Below, piece after piece: positions 59,701 through 64,000 of a DNA stretch of 64,000 bases. The DNA is from Syntrophales bacterium (lineage in GTDB: Bacteria > Desulfobacterota > Syntrophia > Syntrophales > UBA2210). The position numbers and the translations under genes are program-made. Location: positions 32,001 to 96,000 of the forward strand of contig CAXXNF010000002.1 in the NCBI GenBank assembly GCA_963666365.2, given 5' to 3'. A model generated the notes under the pieces. It was not told where the DNA came from, made no database searches, and saw only the letters and a list, made by a program, of their open reading frames with translations. Each line of letters starts with the position of its first letter. The first letter of the stretch is position 1.

Positions 59701-62700
59701 CTACATAACGGAGGACAGCGGCGCGACCGTTGACGGCGTGAGCGTCACCGTGACGGAGTACCACGCCGACGGCACGACGACGGCCGTGACCGATGGAGCG
59801 CAGGCCGACCTGACGACGGAGGCCGACGGCAGCATCGTACTGGTGGCAACCCTGGGCGACATCACCCTGAATGACGGCGACGGGAACGGCACGGCAGTGA
59901 GTGCGAACGGTACAGGCAACATCCTGCTTCAGGCCCTTGCCGGCGCAATCACGGCGAATGCCGACATCCTTTCCGGGACGGGTCACATCACGATCAAGGC
60001 GGCCCAGGACATCAGCCTGAACGCCGACGTGGACGTGACGACGGCATCGCCGGGGACGGTATCGTTCACCACCGGCGGCGCCCTGAGTATGACAGGAAGC
60101 GCGACCGTCACGGCCGCGGGAAGCGCGGTCCGACTGAGCGCGACGGGTGACCTCACCGTGGGTAACCTCACGGCGACCGACGTATCGCTGATATCGGGCG
60201 GGGCCCTCATCAACGCCGCCGATTCCACAAAGAACGTAACGGCGACGAACCTGCGCATCGAGTCGACGGGTTCGGTCGGTGCGGCAGACAGGCACGTGAC
60301 GACGCACATCGACGTGCTCAGTGCCCAGTCGTCGACGGGCGGCATCTACATAACGGAAGACGACGGCGCGACCGTTGACGGCGTGAGCGTCACCGTGACG
60401 GAGTACCACGCCGACGGGACCACGACGGCCGTGACCGATGCGGTGCAGGCGGACCTGACGACGGAAGCCGACGGCAGCATCGTGCTGGTTGCGACGGCGG
60501 GTGCTCTCACCCTCAATGACGGCGACGGGAACGGCACGGTAGTGAGCGCGAACGGTGCAGGGAACATCCTGCTTCAGGCCCTGGCGGGTGCACTCACGGC
60601 GAACGCCGACATCCTTTCCGGGACGGGCCACATCACGATCAAGGCGGCCCAGGGCATCAGCCTGAACGCCGACGTGGACGTGACGACGGCATCGCCGGGG
60701 ACGGTATCGTTCACCACCGGTGGCGACCTGAGTATGACAGGAAGCGCGACCGTCACGGCCACGGGGAGCGCGGTCCGACTGAGCGCGACGGGTGACCTCA
60801 CCGTGGGTAACCTCACGGCGACCGACGTATCGCTGATATCGGGCGGGGCCCTCATCAACGCGGCCGATTCAGTAACGAACGTGACGGCGGCGCAGCTGCG
60901 CATCGAGTCGACGGGTTCGGTCGGTGCGGCAGACAGGCACGTGACGACGCACATCGACGTGCTCAGTGCCCAGTCGTCGACGGGCGGCATCTACATAACG
61001 GAAGACGACGGCGCGACCGTTGACGGCGTGAGCGTCACCGTGACGGAGTACCACGCCGACGGGACCACGACGGCCGTGACCGATGCGGTGCAGGCGGACC
61101 TGACGACGGAAGCCGACGGCAGCATCGTGCTGGTTGCGACGGCGGGTGCTCTTACCCTCAATGACGGCGACGGAAACGGCACGGCAGTGAGCGCGAACGG
61201 TGCAGGGAACATCCTGCTTCAGGCCCTGGCGGGTGCACTCACGGCGAACGCCGACATCCTTTCCGGGACGGGTCACATCACGATCAAGGCGGCCCAGGAC
61301 ATCAGCCTGAACGCCGACGTGGACGTGACGACGGCATCGCCGGGGACGGCATCACTCACCACCGGTGGCGCCCTGAGTATGACAGGAAGCGCGACCGTCA
61401 CGGCCGCGGGAAGCGCGGTCCGACTGAGCGCGACGGGTGACCTCACCGTGGGTAACCTCACGGCGTCCGATGTATCGCTGATATCGGGCGGGGGCCCTCA
61501 TCAACGCGGCCGATTCGACGAAGAACGTGACGGCGACGCACCTGCGCATCGAGTCGACGGGTTCGGTCGGTGCGGCAGACAGGCACGTGACGACGCACAT
61601 CGACGTGCTCAGTGCCCAGTCGTCGACGGGCGGCATCTACATAACGGAGGACAGCGGCGCGACTGTTGACGGCGTGAGCGTCACCGTGACGGAGTACCAC
61701 GCCGACGGCACGACGACGGCCGTGACCGATGGAGCGCAGGCCGACCTGACGACGGAGGCCGACGGCAGCATCGTACTGGTGGCAACCCTGGGCGACATCA
61801 CCCTGAATGACGGCGACGGGAACGGCACGGCAGTGAGTGCGAACGGTACAGGCAACATCCTGCTTCAGGCCCTGGCTGGCGCACTCACGGCGAATGCCGA
61901 CATCCCTTTCCGGGACGGGTCACATCACGATCAAGACCGCAGCGGACATCACCCTGAACGCCGACGTGGACGCGACAACGGCATCGCCGGGGACCATCTC
62001 GATGCACGCCGCAGGCGCCCTGAGTATGACAGGAAGCGCGACCGTCACGGCCGCGGGAAGCGCGGTCCGACTGAGCGCGACGGGTGACCTCACCGTGGGT
62101 AACCTGACGGCGACCGACGTATCGCTTATATCGGGCGGGGCCCTCATCAACGCCGCCGATTCCACAAAGAACGTGACGGCGACGCACCTGCGCATCGAGT
62201 CGACGGGTTCGGTCGGTGCGGCAGACAGGCACGTGACGACGCACATCGACGTGCTCAGTGCCCAGTCGTCGACGGGCGGCATTTACATAACGGAGGACAG
62301 CGGCGCGACTGTTGACGGCGTGAGCGTCACCGTGACGGAGTACCACGCCGGCGGCACGACGACGGCCGTGACCGATGGAGCGCAGGCCGACCTGACGACG
62401 GAGGCCGACGGCAGCATCGTACTGGTGGCGACCCTGGGCGCTCTCACCCTGAATGACGGCGACGGGAACGGGACGGCAGTGAGTGCAGACGGCGCAGGCA
62501 ACATCCTGCTTCAGGCCCTTGCGGGATCGATCGTTGCCAACGCGGACATCCTTTCCGGGACGGGGCATATCACGGTAGGCGCAGCGACCGATGTAATCGT
62601 CGCATCAGCCGTTGACATTGCAACCGGCGGCGGCGGGACGATCTGTATCAATGCCGAGACAGGGAATGTCACAATGACCGATCAAAGCCGTATTGCAGCA

Positions 62701-64000
62701 ACTTCAGGGGATATACGGGCAGTTGCCAATGAGTCAATCACGCTGGGCGGCATCGTGACAACAGCGGGAGTTTCGCTGATTGCGACGGCGGGATCGATTA
62801 TGGACGGCGGAGACAGTTTCGTCGATGTAACGGCAGAGCAACTTCTGATGTGGGCAGGTATCGGTGTCGGTACAGAGAGTGATTTCATTGAGACGACGGC
62901 AGTGACGCTATCTTCCCGTGCGACGTCGGGAGGAATTTTCATACAGGAAAGCGACGGGTTGATCATTGATGATACGACCGTGACAATTCAGCAGGTGCAG
63001 GCCGATGCCACAGTGACGCCGCGTACCGATGGGCCGCAAAGTGACCTGAGAACCACGGCGGGAAACGGCTCGATCACGGTTGTGGTGGACGGCGATATTA
63101 CGCTGAATGACGGGACGTCGCCGGCGGATGGGACGGCGGTGGCGGCAGACGGCAGCGGTAATGTGCTGATCGAAACATCGGGCGACGCCACTTTGAATGC
63201 CGCGGTGGAGAGCGAGAGCGGAGACGTGGACGTCAATGCCGACGGTGCGGTATTTATGAATGCCGGTATGTACTCAGAAGGCGGTATACTCACCATGTAT
63301 TCCTCCTCGGACATCTTCATTGAAGGGGTGGATACCGAAGGAGGCGATATTAGTATTAGGACCTATGAAAGCGGGTCCGTGTATCTGGGAAGCCTTGAGG
63401 CTTCGGGCGGCCTGGTAACAATACACTCAGCAGCGTTCATAGAGGAACTGGGAGACGACACTGGTATCGATGTCTATGCCGACGGTCTGGTCTGGACGGC
63501 GGTATCCGGGATCGGCACGCTCGGCGCCATTGAGACCTCGGCGATTCTCATGAGTTTCGATACCGCCGGTGGTGCGATTCGTGCAGCCAATGACTGTGAA
63601 GAAGACGCTATACTTGAGAAAGCATCCACGGGCGGCGGCGATCTGGAATTATCCCAGAGGGGAGGCGGGTCCCTGACGGTGGAAGATGCCGCAACATCTG
63701 ATGGTGCAGTGTCCGTCGCGGTTGCAGGACGGCGCACTCACTGCCGTACGGGTGCATGCGGTCGGCGCCGGTATCACGCTTGCCACCACGGGGTCGGGAA
63801 GTGTGTATGTCGGCGATGTAACGGCATCGGGACAGACCGTTTCCATAACATCCGCCGGAGCCATTGAAGAACTCGATGAAGATGTCGATGCCGATGTGAC
63901 GGCGGCGACACTGATCATAGCGGCGCAGAGCGGTATCGGTTCTTCGAATACCATGGAGACCTGCGTCTCGCAGGCTTCACTGGAAACGCTTACCGGCCGT
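32753..64000 (+). CDS. Giant LEPR-XLL-type beta-helical repeat surface protein B (>10,400 aa, 3'-truncated; ORF 32753..61669 plus frameshifted continuations)
   Basis: N-terminal FQLEGLEQRIMLSADPL matches the LEPRxLL motif of giant repeat proteins. 9638-codon ORF; the repeat continues in the frames of ORFs 61527.. and 61837.. and again after ~63725 (DGALTAVRVHAVGAGITLATTGSG...) to the window end. +1 indels at ~61490, ~61905 and ~63725. Confidence 0.88.
37202..40142 (+). repeat. Near-identical tandem array, 684-bp (228-aa) unit, ~4.3 copies
   Basis: CAGACTGCCAGCGGCGAC recurs at 37211, 37895, 38579, 39263 and 39947. Confidence 0.97.
40463..42490 (+). repeat. Six degenerate 'NND..TTA' domains inserted in the beta-helix of protein B
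   Basis: Same consensus as 21988-25899, e.g. PGAKNDMIITAAAAGTPYNGVTVRFIDDG...LTVSIRSGATTANAVVTAIN. Confidence 0.8.
52688..57310 (+). repeat. Alternating cadherin-like (CSPG-type, 7 copies) and Ig-like (6 copies) domains
   Basis: FTQAxIDxGxxxYxHDGSE...FxFTVSDG units alternate with NxPPV...ISVxDxDA...LTGxxxxINxxLAxLxY...D.G..G.GG units. Confidence 0.8.
58540..62575 (+). repeat. Near-identical tandem array, 645-bp (215-aa) unit, ~6.2 copies
   Basis: ATATCGGGCGGGG recurs at 58901, 59546, 60191, 60836, 61481 and 62128 (last spacing 647 because of two +1 indels). Confidence 0.97.

Noticed and set aside
37202..62575. CRISPR array or DGR template/variable repeats
   Set aside because: The repeats are long, in-frame, spacer-less coding units; differences are not adenine-specific, and no cas or reverse transcriptase gene is present.
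478..63954. Numerous minus-strand and alternate-frame ORFs of 60-500 aa
   Set aside because: They are shadows of the GC-rich, repetitive giant ORFs; they repeat with the tandem arrays and show no recognisable motifs.

Overview
The window is almost entirely occupied by two giant, co-oriented (+ strand) genes for extracellular, adhesin-like proteins, separated by a 376-bp intergenic region. Gene A enters from upstream of base 1 and ends at 32376 (>10,700 aa). It is broken by a dense indel cluster at about 7150-10100, most likely sequencing or assembly error. It carries RTX/GDNG Ca-binding repeats, PPC-like, FG-GAP, MAM-like, proprotein-convertase P, PA14, ELWxxDGT, LRR and LamG modules. Gene B starts at GTG 32753 with a LEPRxLL-type N-terminal motif and runs off the right edge (>10,400 aa, with three +1 indels near the end). 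It is a beta-helix-like repeat protein with cadherin-like insertions and two near-identical tandem arrays (684-bp and 645-bp units). Three observations stand out. (1) The extreme C-terminal module of protein A is a homologue of a module near the N-terminus of protein B and stops exactly at the aligned FLG motif, which suggests head-to-tail coupling of the two giants. (2) Domains are nested inside one another up to about five levels deep rather than strung in series. (3) Several inserts are circularly permuted, as if integrated from DNA circles. The intergenic DNA holds three nested inverted-repeat elements and a sigma70-like promoter. No secretion machinery, RNA genes, CRISPR arrays or transposases were seen. 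All domain names come from motif recognition by eye, not database searches.
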